Shown piece by piece: positions 50,161 through 63,789 of a DNA stretch of 64,000 bases. The number at the start of each line of letters is the position of its first letter. The stretch's first letter is position 1. Made by a program: the position numbers and the translations under genes. The notes beneath the pieces are model-generated. The model was not told where the DNA came from and searched no databases. It saw only the letters and a list, made by a program, of their open reading frames with translations. The DNA lies in contig CP068257.2 of NCBI GenBank assembly GCA_009914755.4, forward strand, positions 21,344,001-21,408,000, in the 5' to 3' direction. The stretch comes from the human T2T-CHM13v2.0 reference genome, Homo sapiens.

Positions 50161-51754
50161 TGAAATATATATACAGTTAAATTTAAATGAAGATAAATAT
50201 ATATGTAGGAGTAACACAATAAATTTTTACATCTTTCCATATAGTTAACTTTCATGGACAGAAACAATCGACCTATGAAACAATTAGAACAATGTATGTT
50301 AATCAATTTAGATTGCAATTAAATACCATATTTTAAGCATCTTAAAATATACTCACCTGTTATTTTATTGTCTAATACCTGATTTAAAGTCACTTCCGTT
50401 CAGAAGCTACAATTTATCAGTGATGGTGAGTCAAATGGTTATCAGACAGCCTTCGGCATTGGCCAAAAGGAGAATTCACTTTTCCCTCTTTGTGCCTCAT
50501 TATAAACACATGGGAAAAAGTGAATATACTGCTCATTTCAGTTTTAAAATCTAAGCATCCACAGAAACAGAAAGAAATACCTGCAGAACTAGACACAGAC
50601 ATTTATTCTATTTGTGGTGGTAATTATGTATTATTTTAGTATCAGCTGCACAAAATCACATCTGTGCCTGTGTCTACAATTTCCTCTAAGCTTGTTTCTA
50701 AATGTCACAATTAACTATATCTATTTTTGATAATTTGAAGAAAGTAGTGTTATTTTTGAAATGATAATGCGCTTTCTCTTTGTTTTTGACAGTGATTTTT
50801 CTGTTTTGCTTTATTCATAGGCACATTTTTTCTTTAGTTATATATTTGTGATGTTGAAATTGTATTCATTTAAATACACCCACAGATACAGATAATAAAG
50901 TAGCCTCTATCAAAATATCACTGTCAAGTATTTTAAATATGAACAGGAAAATTGGCATATGTATCTTATTCTAGTAAGAACCTATTTTCCCATACACCAT
51001 ATAAGTTTTAAGCTCCCACTTACGTAAACACCTGTTTTGGCTGTTGTTTCCAGTTTAATGAGTTTGGGGAGGTTTATATCTCTGAACTGAGAGTAGTTCT
51101 ATCATTTTGACATTTAATTTTGTTTCTCTTTTATAAATGTCTTGTAAAAAGAGAATCATTTAGCATCTGTTTTGTTATCTTCCAACATCTGTCCTACCTA
51201 CCCACTGTATCAAAAAGTGCACACTTCTTAAATCATAGATTGATTCAATCTTTTCAGGTGGATTTCATGATGCCATCAATTTTTTAGTGAAGCTTTAATG
51301 TAATATGTTATTGCAAGAAATGTTTTGTCATTTATTAAGGTATTATTAGTATATACATGTATAAAATTCTGAATCTACATCGAAAAATGATTTGGAGACT
51401 TGAACCAATTACTCACAAAATATAGGAGAGAGTCTTCTTTTTGAGAAAAAGGGGAGCTGCGTGCAATTTGTTCATATGTTTGGCATCTCAGCTGTCCAAC
51501 TTGAATAAATCATGACATGCTTTCTCAAAACTTCAAATGATCGTGACTGACTTAATTTATGTACACTTGAAACCACTCTTATATTATTGTTTTGGAAGTA
51601 TAATTAATATAATAATAATTTTGTCCTGTTTTGGGATATCTCTGCAATGAGATCATCTTTAAAGATTATAATTATTCTGTAAAATTCAGTAAAATACATT
51701 AAAAATATAAAATCATCCGACTAACTTCTTTCCCAAATAATTTAAAGAAAGCTT

Positions 51755-52075
51755 TTGGGAAGTAAGTAGGGCTCAATGAGGTCCTGGCGTTGAGGCCCTC
51801 ATGATAGAATTAATGCCCTTATAGGAAGAGACACCAAAGAGATGGTTCTGTCTAACCCCCCTTTTCCACTTCAGTCTCCCATCCCTGTACCTTGTGAAGA
51901 CACAATAAGAAGCCGGCTCTCCGCTAGATAAGAAGTGAACCATCATCAAAAATCAACAGTGCCAGCACCCTGATCTGGGACTTCCTCATTCCGGAAATGT
52001 GACGAAATAAATTTATATTATTTAAGCTACCCAGTCTGTGGCATATTGTTATGGCAGCTTAAGTGCGCAGAGACA
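51755..52075 (+). mobile_element. MLT1-like MaLR LTR, 3' portion
   Basis: '..gttgaggccctcatgatagaattaatgcccttataggaagagacaccaaagag...ccttgtgaagacacaataagaagccggc.....caccctgatctgggacttcc..attccggaaatgtgacgaaataaatttatattatttaagctacccagtctgtggcatattgttatggcag' parallels the MLT1 3' region '..ccctcatgaatgggattagtgcccttataaaagag...ccatgtgaggacacagcaagaagg...gccttgatcttggacttcccagcctccagaactgtgagaaataaatgtttgttgtttataagccacccagtctatggtattttgttatagcag'. Confidence 0.5.
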
Positions 52076-53882
52076 ATATACAAAAAAATCACAATCTGTA
52101 AAATGCATTCAAATTTTATTGAGCCAAACCAGTACCATTCAAACGTATTAATGAGAGACTTTGATTTGGAAGTGAGCGAATTGAGGAAGGAAACTCTAAG
52201 GAGATGGGAATTAATTTTTGGCTAATTCAGCAGGCATCTTAATTTCAGGAGCAGCTGTGGATTGAGTTTTGGGCACAGAAAAGGCATCAATGAAGCTGGC
52301 AGTATCATTAGAAGCAGCAGTTGCCTCCAGGGCTCAGTGAGGCAATGGCAATCATGATGTTTCCCTGACGGGCAATTTTTTTCTCCATCATGTTGTCGAG
52401 TTCTGAGGCTAGTTCCCCAACTCTACAAACAATTCTGCGAACTGATTTTATTTTTCTTTTTTTTTAATGACCATTTTCGCTTCATTAGCAGAATCACTTT
52501 CATTGACTGCTATTAAGATCCCTGACTGATACTGTGGAAATAAACAATGAATAAATAAATATGTAATGTATCATTATGATTTTATATACACAATAAAAAT
52601 AAACCATGATAAAGAGACGAAGTGATTGGAGCTATGATTTCAAATAGGAATATGAAGGAAAGTTGGACCTAAAAAGACTCATGTTTCTGCATGTTTCAAT
52701 TTGGGAGAAGGAGACAATATTTCAAAAGACTTGATTATAGTTTAGGAATGAGCTCTAAAAGATCTGGATAAGTATAGTTCATGCCTAACTAACAGGCAGT
52801 AGAAAGGCCCAGAGGTAAAAATATGCTTTGTATACATGAGAAGGAATATATCATCCAGAATATTTTTCAAATAATAAAATATTACTTATCAAAATTTTTT
52901 ATAAGTACGTCAGGCACATTTAGTATAATAATCTTTTAAATTGAAAAGACATAATAATCTAAGAAATGGATATACTCTCTTTGTTTAATAACAACAAAAC
53001 AAAACAAGAAAACCATAAGAATTAGCACTATATTTAATGCTTTGCCTAAAAATATATGTCATTGTTTATGGTGCAACATATACATCATTGACTCATTTTT
53101 GATAATATGATTAATGTTTATTGAACACTTTTTGTGCATGAAATGCATTCCATTCTGTTCCTGATTCTTTTATAGATTTATGTAACATAGCATTCATATT
53201 GAATATTAGAATGCAGAATTGTGTATTCCTCTTAATTTGTCTACAGCATATATTACTGATGTTTTGAAAAGTGACTTGTGATATTTTATTTTATAAATAG
53301 AAAGAAGTTCTGGAACGTTGCTTATAATTGGGGAAATAAGCACAAATGAAAGACCATGGTATGGTGAGATATAGAAATATAAATAAATGGAGAGATAAAG
53401 ATATATAGTTAAATATGTATTGATTATTTCATATTTATCACTATTATATTTTGATAAAGCTTTGGTTTTACCTAATTTTTAAAATACTAAATGTTAAAAT
53501 CCCATAGAAAATTAGAAATATAACTGAGAGCCACATGCATAGTTTGAAGTGTCTTCCTTTCGCTATCTATGTGGACAGAGACTGGGAAGTTTCTCCACTG
53601 CTCTAAGAGTAACCATTACCTTTACAGCTATAGTTACTGCTGCCATCATGACTTAACAGTAACTAAAATAACAAAAATGGATTATACACTTTTCCAAATT
53701 TGGAAAAACAATACTGAAATCTAACTTTGAGAAACTCATGTTCACTTTACTGCAATGATTAATCGTTTGCATTTATAGTTCCACAGTCAGAAGTACTGAG
53801 CCCCTGTATGTTCCCAAACTTTCATGAAGAGACAGGTTTCATTATCAGATAGAGAAATTGATGAAGGAAGAAATAGATGGGA

Positions 53883-53934
53883 AGATAGATGATAGATTGG
53901 ATAGATAGATAGATAGACAGATAGATAGATAGAA
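53883..53934. repeat. (GATA)n / (TAGA)n tetranucleotide microsatellite, interrupted
   Basis: 'agatagatgatagattggatagatagatagatagacagatagatagatagaaat'. Confidence 0.9.
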
Positions 53935-56244
53935 ATATTTATGATTATTTTTCTAGACTCATTCTCTAGGAAATCGAATATTGATCTCCCCATGAACTTC
54001 ATACAAGTAAGTTTTCCATGAGATGTATTTATGACATTTTCCTTTTGTCATTTTTATGATCAAATATAAACAATATTTAAGTATATATATTTTCACTTAA
54101 TTATGTACAAAAACATATTAGAAAACACCAAAAAAGAGGAAACTACTCCCAACTCTCTTAACTTTTCACAATGAAAACTTTTATCAATGATGCTATTTTT
54201 CTAAAAACTTTTAAATGTTGAAATTTGGCATGGTCTTCAACGTGAGAAACGACAATATCCTTGGCATCCAATACGCTTTTACTATTTATGCTGATGGCAA
54301 AAGAAAAAAAAAAGTGCTTGGAACATTAACAAAAGTGTTAGGTTGTTTTACAACATGAAAACTGAATTAGGCTATGTTCCACCAGTCTATTTCAAGAATT
54401 GTATTTTTGAATTTATAGTTTGAATTATAGTAGAAATAAGATTATTTTCTACCATTTATACTTTGTTATTCTATTGATAAGAGCAAGAGAAAAATTACAA
54501 ATTCATAATTTAAGTGTAATGCTGTCTTCACAAAGCATTTAATTTGCCAATTTAGTAGATTTTTGTAGCATCTCATGGTTTCTGCTTCAAAAGACAATTT
54601 TCTGATAAGTCTAAAGAAGCATTTCCCTCAAAATTGAAAAAATGATACAATTGTTCAGGTTATATCTTTAGAGCCAACATGTCATAAAAGCATTTTCAGC
54701 AACATACAATGTATTAACTGTAAATGCCGAAATAGAAATTTTACCTAATTATATTCTTAAAAATAGCTGCTCAACCTCACTGCATTAGCAATTCTTCTAG
54801 GTTTTTTTTTTTGAATGGGATTCTTTTTTTTTTTTTTTTAATCAAATTTTCTTTCTGGGTATGTCCCCCAGAAACTCTTGTTACTTCTGTGTAAAGAAAT
54901 TGAGAACAACTTGTTATTCTGTTCTATATTTTAATAACTCTTTAAGCTTCTAAGTATGTGCAAATTATTCTAAGCCTTGTCATTATGAAATGTGATGGAT
55001 GATATTTATAACAGACACAGCTTTTTTCCTTGTATTGTGTGAAGAGTGCTTGCTGGTAAAAAATAAAATTATAGAACACAGATCACAAAATATTGAGGAA
55101 GACATTCTTTACTGAAGTAGGAAAGGCATTTGCGTCGCCAAAAATTATACGTGCTGTGTTTCAGAATATATAGACTTCCTCTCAGTTTAAACTTTGTTTG
55201 GAAAGAAAATTTTCCTCCAAAATGTTGCAGAAAGACTTGTAAGTTTCCAAACCTATTTCACTAAGATCTCTCATATCATGCTTGAGTTTTTTACTTTACA
55301 ATGCAGAAAGCAACCTGGTCTGCTACTTGAAGACAAAGTTATTGCTTTAGCACAGCATCACATTTTGATAGTGTTAGCATTTATATAAGAACTGCCTTTT
55401 TCCAATAATGAACCTCCAAATGAACATAGGCAAATGTTATTTTTTCATAGTTTTTCAATATATCAACATTTAAGTCAGTTTTCTTCCTTTCTTCTTTTAA
55501 ACAGCACCTCTCCATCCCCAATTAACATTATCTGACATTTTCATATACTTTCAACTTTGATTTTATTCTCATATTTAGTTAAAAACTTTTTTGGGGTCTT
55601 CCCTATTCTGCAGTACAAACGGAAAACAAAGATTGAAAATAAACTTTACTTTTGACTAACAGAGAAGCATTGTTCCTTTGGTGTCTCTTCTTATTTGATA
55701 ATCAAACTAAAGCCAGAGTATGTATAATAATACTTTAATTTATTCCCCTTGACATTTTCAAAAATATTTTCAATGTTATAGAAACAAAAAGAGCCATCCA
55801 TACTTTTAAATATAGTAATTATTCTTTTAGTCTCTATTAATGAAAAACTACAATCATGTCAAGACAATGATTGAATATTAAGAGACTGCAAAGGTAACTT
55901 CCCAAATCAGACATGCATCCACTGCTGCAGGTCTGTTGACATCATCCGTCTCTTTTCCTGGCTATTACAGCACATCGGCTTTAGTTTGCTTCATGGGAGC
56001 AAAACCTGGTAGTTTCTCTGTGCCCCTGCCTTGTATGTCCCCAGTAGTTTTTCCTTCTCTCACAATGTTTACCATTCATTACCAAAATGGAATCCTGCTC
56101 AGTGCCTCCAGATCCAACTTTGGAATATGGGGGAGTTAGTTAAAACCTTTGGCCAATGAATGCTAAAATATAAAGTCTTCATTCTCTTTTCATCCATGGG
56201 CAATTGAGACATGCAGTTTAGCTGGTTTCTTGGATCATTTAAGT

Positions 56245-56577
56245 CAGGAGTCCTCAACCCCAGGCGATGGAACGGTACTGGCCTGTGGCCTGTAAGGAAA
56301 TGGGCCACACAGCAGGAGGTGAGTGGCAGGTTGAGCCAGCATTGCCATCTGAGCTCCATTTCCAGGCAGATCAGCAGCAGCATTAGATTCTCATGAGAGT
56401 GGGAACCCTATTGTGAACTGTGCATGAGAGGGATCTAGGTTGTGCACTTTTTATGCGAATCTAATGCCTGATGATCTGAGGTAGAACAGTTTCATCCTGA
56501 AACCATCCTCCCACCCGGCTGTGGAAAAAATGCCTTCCAATAAACCAGTCTCTGGTGCCAAAAGTTTTGGGACTGCT
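56245..56577. mobile_element. Non-autonomous hAT-like DNA transposon (MER-type MITE, about 330 bp) with terminal inverted repeats and an internal palindrome
   Basis: Termini are 'caggagtcctcaaccccaggc.atggaacggtactggcctgtggcctgtaaggaaatgggccacacagcaggaggtgagtggcag' and '...ctctggtgccaaaagttttgggactgctg', whose reverse complement is 'cagcagtcccaaaacttttggcacc...'. The internal palindrome is 'attagattctcatgagagtgggaaccctattgtgaactgtgcatgagagggatctaggttgtgcac..tatgcgaatctaatgc'. The flanks 'tttaagt' and 'tttagag' form a degenerate 8-bp-class TSD. Confidence 0.6.
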
Positions 56578-57843
56578 GGTTTAGAGGGATCATGTAATCA
56601 GTAGTAACGGTCAGGATTCTAGAAAAACAATGACCCCTCCCAACTTTCTCACTTCGTTCCCCTCATCTCAGACTACTGACTCAGGGATTCTTTCCCTAGT
56701 AAAAGAATAACATAAATTGCTGCCTAAAACACTTCTTTCTGGATAACTCGGGCTATGACACCACTTGTGCAGCCACAAATCACTTTGTTGAAAACATTAT
56801 TTACTTTTTTTATTCAGAGTATTTGCAGAAATGAAATCAAAGAAAATGTGTTTCACTTTAAAATTGTTCTCAGTGTCCAGACCTTCTGAAGATCACTTAC
56901 AAATATTTGTTAAGTATATTATTTCTGTAATAAAACCACAATAGATATACAGTAGAACACAATAGATGCATCTTTTGGCAAGTATGTATCTAGTCACACA
57001 AGGATCCCTTTTAATTTATTTACTTCATGTCTATAAACCAAACAAATGTGAGTAAAATGTATGTATATATTAAAACATCAAAATATAGATATAACCTTAA
57101 CACAGATAAAATTAATATATCCTTATAAAAATTCTATATGTTGCTATCACCAAGATATTTTTTCCTAACCGTATTACAGATTGAATTCAATTTCAACATT
57201 GATATTTGTTTCAGTCACCCAGAATAGGAAGAGAACTAGTATCAGATCAGACCAAAAGTTGGGAACTATATATAAATAATTGGATCATGTCTAAAGAGAT
57301 GAATTAGACTGTGATGTTGGGAAGAATAAAGGTGGAAAACTAACTTAAATTATTGACATATTAAGACATGTTAGAAAATAAATGGCTTCATTCCATTAAA
57401 GAGACATTTCTTTGAATTTAAAAAATGTGTATTTATAGTGAAGGAAAAAAAATGTAGAGTTGATAAATGTCTTCAAGCCTGACCTTGCATATTCTTTATT
57501 TTTATAATATTCAAGTTTTGATCATATTCTAAGCATTAGTGCTCATTCACATACATTTTTAGTTGGTAAATTTGTTTTCTTCACCAGCATATATGGGCAC
57601 TGCAATAAAAAATTAAGCAATTATGTTTGATTTGGTGTAAAACTATATTTCGAGGAATATTTGTTAAAATAATTGCAATTATTTTGCCTGAGGAGTACCT
57701 TTTTTTTTGTCAAATATATTATTGAAAGTAAGCAGTAGTTACACAAGTTTCAAGCCTATAATAAAAGAAGATAAAGATGTTTGCCATTATTTGTATTTTA
57801 TGGAAATTGACAATGAAGAGAAATACATTTACCTCCAGACAAT

Positions 57844-57864
57844 TATATATATATATATATAATA
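57844..57864. repeat. (TA)n dinucleotide microsatellite
   Basis: 'tatatatatatatatatatat'. Confidence 0.8.
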
Positions 57865-59759
57865 GCTAGATAGATAGACGTAGCTGTAGATACATGATTT
57901 CTATATCTATATCTACATATTGATATATATACATGATTCCATTTCTCACATTTTTTGTTATTCTCTATGTGCATGGCCAACAATGTAAGTTATTTAGCTA
58001 CAAGAAACAAAATCTAGTCAAATTTTGCTTTGTATATAGCCAACATCATGAAAATACCATCCCCATTCGATTTTAAATGGGCTACATGGTCTTCATTATT
58101 AAAAGAAAAATGGAATGAAATGTCAAATCAGGAGCCGTGTCTATTATCATTCATGTTACATTTGATAAAGAAATATCATCAGTTTTAAATACTACTTCAA
58201 TATGCATTACCTGATATTTATCCCAGAGAAGAAAATTATAATGTTTGTTCTGTTTTTGGCATATCTCGTTTCCTAAAACTGAACTAAAGAAAAGAATTGT
58301 AGTGGTAGTGCATTTATTTGACAAGCTAATTGAAGTTGCACAATATGTCAGTCTGATTTCCAAGGACAGAAAGGTTAATGGATTGTGCTCCTGCATGCTT
58401 GCACAATAGCTGAGTTTTCTTTATTGAAATAACTGTGATTTCCTACATTAGTAGTTACTTAATTCAAGCAGCAAAGATGTATTTGAAAGGAAAACTTAAT
58501 CCTTATAAAATAAACCCATTTTAGAATATGCAGTTCACAAACTTACATTGAACACATAATGTCATGTCCTTGTCAAATAATACAAAATGCGCAGTTCTCA
58601 TTTTCTCTGTTAAAAGTGTTGTGATTTCAATGTGAATCTATTTAGTGGGACAACACAACCAGGGAGCATTTTAGACAAGTGGTATTTAGTCTGTTACATT
58701 CCTGCCATAGACGAGAAACATGAGATTTTCTTTGTTACAATTCAGCTCCAGTTAAAAATAAATACAAGGTGCATGTCAATAGTAATTTTTTCATATGAGG
58801 GTAACGTTTGAAAACCAGGTGGCTAGAGTGGAGTTCATTTAAAAAATAAAACTGGGTTAAGAAAGGCCATTGCATGAGTACAGACGTCAATGTAACATTT
58901 TAAATGTAATTATTAATGTTGAAATATAAAAAATGTCAAGGCCTATAAAAACTGAAAGGAGCAAAACATGGTCATTTTTATGATCAACATAGTAATTTTT
59001 GACATAAGTTTAAGGGTATAATGTTTGACAGAAGTTTAAGGGTATAATAAATTTGACATATGTTTGGGATGTAATGTCCATAAATTTTTCATTACTCTGG
59101 GATTTATATAAACATTTTAAAATAATATTTATTTTTTAAATTACAAAACAATATAGGCTTAATCATGTATCTACCAGTTTAGTAAACATTTGTTATAATT
59201 TTACTGCATTGCAGACACTATTTTAAGTCTTTAGAGATTCATCAATGACCCAAATAAAGAAAAATTGTTGCCCGCATAGAACTTTTGATGACACTATAAG
59301 CAAGAAAAGCAAGCAAATTAAACATCAGTAAGATAATGACAAGTGCTAAAGAGAGCAAAAGAGAAAAGTGAAGTCAAGTATAGGTATGTAGAAAGTTCCA
59401 TAGTAAAGGGTCTAGAATAAATAGAAATGGCAAGGGAGAAATCTTTCAAAATATCTTACTATGTTTCATTCGTAGCCAACCAGTGTGTGCACTCTGTTAA
59501 TTGTTCAATGTGCCTATATTGTTTCTCGTTATACTCTATACTCTAAATACATAATATAGTTATATATGTTACAGTCTATAATGCACACATTTTATGGTTA
59601 GAAATTTAAAAAATAGTTTTTTGTAGATTTCATTTTTAGCCTTATTGAATTAGAAATTATATGTAAAAATAGCACATATTTAATATATACATTTTAATGA
59701 GTTTAGACTTTGTATACACCCATGATACCATCACCACAATTAAGATGCTTAACGTAGCT

Positions 59760-60069
59760 ATTTTTTTCTTTTCTTTTCTTTTTGAGACAGTCTTGCTTTG
59801 TTGACCAGGCTGTAGAGCTTTGGAATGATCTCGGCTCACTGCAACCTCCACCTCAAATGTTCTAGTGATTCTCCTGCCTCAACCACCTGAGTAGCTGGGA
59901 CTACAGGCATGCGTCACCAGGCCCAGCTAATTTTTTTTTGTATTTTTAGTAGAGATAGGGCTTTGCCATGTTAGCTAGGCTGGTCTCAAACTCCTGGCCT
60001 CAAGTGATCCTCCTGCTTTGGCCTCCCAAAGTGCTGGTATTACAAGTGTGAGCCGCCATGCCCATACCT
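59760..60069 (-). mobile_element. Alu SINE in minus orientation (older AluJ/S-like)
   Basis: 'ttttttcttttcttttctttttgagacagtcttgctttgttgaccaggctgtagagc...ggctcactgcaacctccacctc...cccaaagtgctggtattacaagtgtgagccgccatgcccatacc'. Confidence 0.85.
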
Positions 60070-60089
60070 TTCCTTGTTTTTGTGTGTCT

Positions 60090-60152
60090 GTGTCTGTAAT
60101 TTTTTCATTTGCGATGTGTATGTATATGTGTGTGTGTGCACGTGTGTGTGGT
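60090..60152. repeat. GT-rich imperfect dinucleotide repeat
   Basis: 'tgtgtgtctgtgtctgtaa...gtgtatgtatatgtgtgtgtgtgcacgtgtgtgtgg'. Confidence 0.5.
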
Positions 60153-60259
60153 AAGAACAGTTATATGAGATATATCCTCTAAAGGGCTCAGTATGGTGTT
60201 GTGAATTGTAGGTGCTATGTCATGCAATGGATCTTTAGAACTTATTATATAACAGAAAT

Positions 60260-60770
60260 ATTATAGCCATTGAGCAACAATTTCTCATTTTCCTCTCCCC
60301 AGTCTCTTGCAACCTCAAATTTTTTTCTGCCTCTGTGAGTTTGACTATTTTATATACCTGTGACAAACTGAATCATGCAATATTTGACCTTTGCTGACTG
60401 GCTTATTTCACTTAGCTCAGTGTCCTCAAAGTTCATCCTTGCTGTCACATATTGCAGGATTTCCTTTTGTTAATGCTGGATTATCTTCCATTGTATGTAT
60501 ATATCATTTTTAAGAATACATTAATCTATCAATGGACATGTTGCTTGTTTTGGCTATTGTGAATAATTCTGCAGTGAATATGGGAGTGCTAAAAATTCTT
60601 TAAGACCCTGACTTTGGGCAAATACCCAGAAGTGGGATTTGCATATAATAGTTATATTTTTAATTTTTTGAGGAACTTCCATACTGTTTTTCATATTGGC
60701 TGCATCATTCTACATTCTCGCTGATAGTGTATAAGGATTCTAATTTCTTCACGTTTGCCAATTTAAAAAA
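60260..60770 (-). mobile_element. Old LINE-1 (L1M-type) 3' region, minus orientation
   Basis: Antisense L1 3' blocks: '..ctgactggcttatttcacttagctcagtgtcctcaaagttcatccttgctgtcacatattgcaggatttcc', 'ctatcaatggacatgttgcttgttttggctattgtgaataattctgcagtgaatatgggagtgc', 'acccagaagtgggatttgcatataatagttatatttttaattttttgaggaacttccatactgtttttcatattggctgcatcattctacattc'. Confidence 0.6.
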
Positions 60771-63132
60771 TTAACAAATGATGTGATTGTGTCAAGAATT
60801 GTGATCATTTCAATATTTGGTATTTCTTGCCAAGTACACCCACAGAAAATGATTTTCAATTTTATAATTGAAAATAATAAAGAAACCGTTACTGCATGGA
60901 TGTGTAGTCACTTTCTCATTCCTGATGATAAGAGATAAATGGTACATGATATCACTCACTATAATGAACAATTTACTGGATTAAACGTTATCTTTTTGGT
61001 TATTTGAAACTTTTTACGGTTAAATATCATTTTTACACTGTAAATTAAGAACATATAATTTGATGAATTATTATACTGCAAAAAGTCGGGGCAGGAGATA
61101 TAGCCTCCCTGGAAACATTCTACATGCCTCTTCCCAATCAGAAACCCTCTCTTGCTAAGAACAATGACTAGCCTGATTTTGCAGTAAATACTTCCTTTCT
61201 TTTCTTTATAGTTTTACCACCAGTTGTGTGCCACTTAACACTACAGTTGAGCTCTTCTATTCCTTATTCCCCTAAAGTATCCTTTAATTGTCTAAAGAAA
61301 CTATGTCTAGATATCTTTGTAATTAAGTTGTTGAAAAGCCATTGTATTTTTTTTTTCTGTAGAGTTTCCTTCATATATATCTACATGGTATAGGTTAGTG
61401 TGACTCTCTATAAATTAATAACTAAGTTGAGAGACTTAATCAGAATTAAAGTTCAGTTTTTTTGCTTGTCTAATTTATAGGCGGTAAGTTCTTCAACAGG
61501 AGGCATATACCGTAATTCTTTCTTTTTATAGTTTTAGCAGTTCTTAATGCTCCAAGTCTAAATCCATTTTTCCAATAGGTATTGAAAAATGATGATATTA
61601 TAATTTTATTATTTCTTCTTCAGCTGTTTGCCTGAAAAAAGAAATATCTATCATTTGGTTACCCAGTGGTTTCATCCTTATTAAAGAAGCACTCCATCTC
61701 TTATTTTCTTTTAATTACTAATGGCCTTAATCTGCTTGTGTTGCTATAAAGAATTACCCGAGGCTGTGTAATTTATTTTAAAAAATGGTTTATTTGTGTC
61801 ATAGGTCTGCAAGCTGTATAAGAAGCATTGCAACAGCATTTTCTTCTGACAAGGGATTCAGGCTGTTTCCATTCATGACAGAGGGAGAAAGGGAGCTGGC
61901 ATACAGAGATCATGTGGCAAGAGAGGAAGGAAGATAGATAGGAGGAGGTGTCAGGCTCTTTTCAACAATCAGATATTGTAGGAACTAAGAAGGAGACCTC
62001 ACTCACTCCAGTGAGAATGGCACCAAGCCTTTCATGAGGGATCTCCTTGCATGATCCAAGCACCGTTACTAGGCTCCACCTCCAACACCGGGGATCAAAA
62101 TTTCAACATGAGATTTGTGGGGCCAAACAAACCATATTAAAATCATAGCAGTAATTTTTTAAAGAATGAATTGGGTCTCTAACATTGACCAAAAGTTATG
62201 ACTTTATTATTATTATAATTTGCAATTTTTTATATGTAAACATATATGATGGGGTTCAATCTGCAACCATGCTTTTCCTTAATTATCCCTAAATTATTCC
62301 TTCTTTGGATAGGGGACACCTCTTCAAATTTGCTTCTGAGTCCTTTGGACATGGCCCTGTCATTGGGTATGAGAAGATGTTCTAGGCACATACTGGTCAC
62401 TTTCTGACCTGGGTGTGGGTCAACTATACTTCAAGAAGCCATGTTTTGTTTTACTGAGAAATGACATTTCAATCTAATAACTAGGAATAGTTCTTAATAC
62501 TGGTTTGGTTATTGTTTCAAGCCATTTTCAGTTGGCAGAGCAATACACGGAAAAGCATTAATTGACCTCTGACACTGTGACTTGCAATTCAGGACTAAAG
62601 ATTGCTTACTTAATCTCTTCTACCCTATGGATGTATCATTTTTTCATCATTTTAATTATATTTAAATTGTTTATTTTGTGTGTTTTCCCCATTTACGGTT
62701 GTAAGTATACCACGAGATATACAGCCATCAAAATGTATTTTATACCTCTTACATCTCTTATAACAAGTATTCTTAGTTCTACATATATATATATTCAGTG
62801 TTGTGCACTAGTTTTTATATATTCTGATGTCTTTCCAGTCATTAGAATTGTTTGAAGCACATTCAGTGACCTCTCAAAGTCTCATTCTATGAATACTTAA
62901 AATACTCCACGACAGTTTTTCAGGCGCTTTTATATTTGAAATGTGTTTAATTGGAAAATAAATCTGTAGCTCATATGTTCTTTTATTAACTGTTAAAAAA
63001 AGATAATTTTCTCTTTTTCTCTGGCCTCAGTGTTACTCTTGGAAAGTCTGCTGATAATCTGGTTGTATTTTATAATTCCTTTGTTTTGTTGATTTTGTTT
63101 GTCTGGATGCCCAAAGCATTATCTTTTCTTTC

Positions 63133-63583
63133 TTTATAATCCATGGTAGGCACTATAAAGTTTCCCAAAGATGTCCATCTCTTAATCTCCAGAACCCGTG
63201 AAAATGTTGTCTTTCATGGAAAATGGGACTTTGCAGTTGTGATTATGTTAATGATTTTGAGACAGGGAGGTTAACCTCGATTATCTGGGTGGCTACAATG
63301 TAATCATAAGGGTGCTTATTAAAATAGAGGGTGAAAGAAAGGATCAGAGTGAGAGAAAGAGACGTAATGTTGAGGACAGATGGGGAAGTAATATGAGACT
63401 GCAAGCCTAGGAATGTGGAAAACCTCCAGAAGCTAAAAAAGTCAGTGAAGATACAGGTTTTCGCCTAGAGCCTCCAGAAGGAACATATTGACTTTTGACC
63501 TCCAAAAGTGAAAGATAACAAATTGTGTTAGGTTTGAAGTCTGTAGCATTTGCTGTAGCAGCAATAAAGAAATGCAAGGTCAA
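63133..63583 (+). mobile_element. MST/MLT1-type MaLR solo LTR
   Basis: '..ggcactataaagtttcccaaagatgtccatctcttaatctccagaacccgtgaaaatgttgtctttcatggaaaatgggactttgcagttgtgattatgttaatgattttgagacagggaggttaacctcgattatctgggtggctacaatgtaatcataagggtgcttattaaaatagagggtgaaag...cagagtgagagaaagagacgtaatgttgagg...cctccagaagctaaaaaagtcag...cctagagcctccagaaggaacatattgac...tgacctccaaaagtgaaagataacaaattgtgttaggtttgaagtctgtagcatttgctgtagcagcaataaagaaatgca' parallels the MSTA consensus ('..ccccaaagatgtccacgtcctaatccccggaacctgtgaatatgttaccttacatggcaaaagggactttgcagatgtgattaaggttaaggatcttgagatgg...'). Confidence 0.7.
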
Positions 63584-63789
63584 CTATACTGGAATATGTA
63601 TCAGTGTTAGTTGTTCTTGATTAATTTCCTCCAATAAATTGATGTTCTCTTTCAAAATGTAATTTCAGGGACGATTTTGAATAGTAGCATTTTTCATTTT
63701 CTTTTTTCTTGCTTTGGTTGTTCTTTGTCAGAAAAATCTATTACATGTGTGTATGTGTTGCCTATGTTTTAATTTGTCCTTATTTATTT

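Noticed and set aside
52236-52440. Short stretch whose antisense translation looked vaguely protein-like (..DTASFIDAFSVPKTQSTAAPE..). I considered a processed-pseudogene fragment
   Set aside because: I could not recognise any protein family. There is no poly-A or TSD signature, and stop codons occur within 40 codons in every frame.
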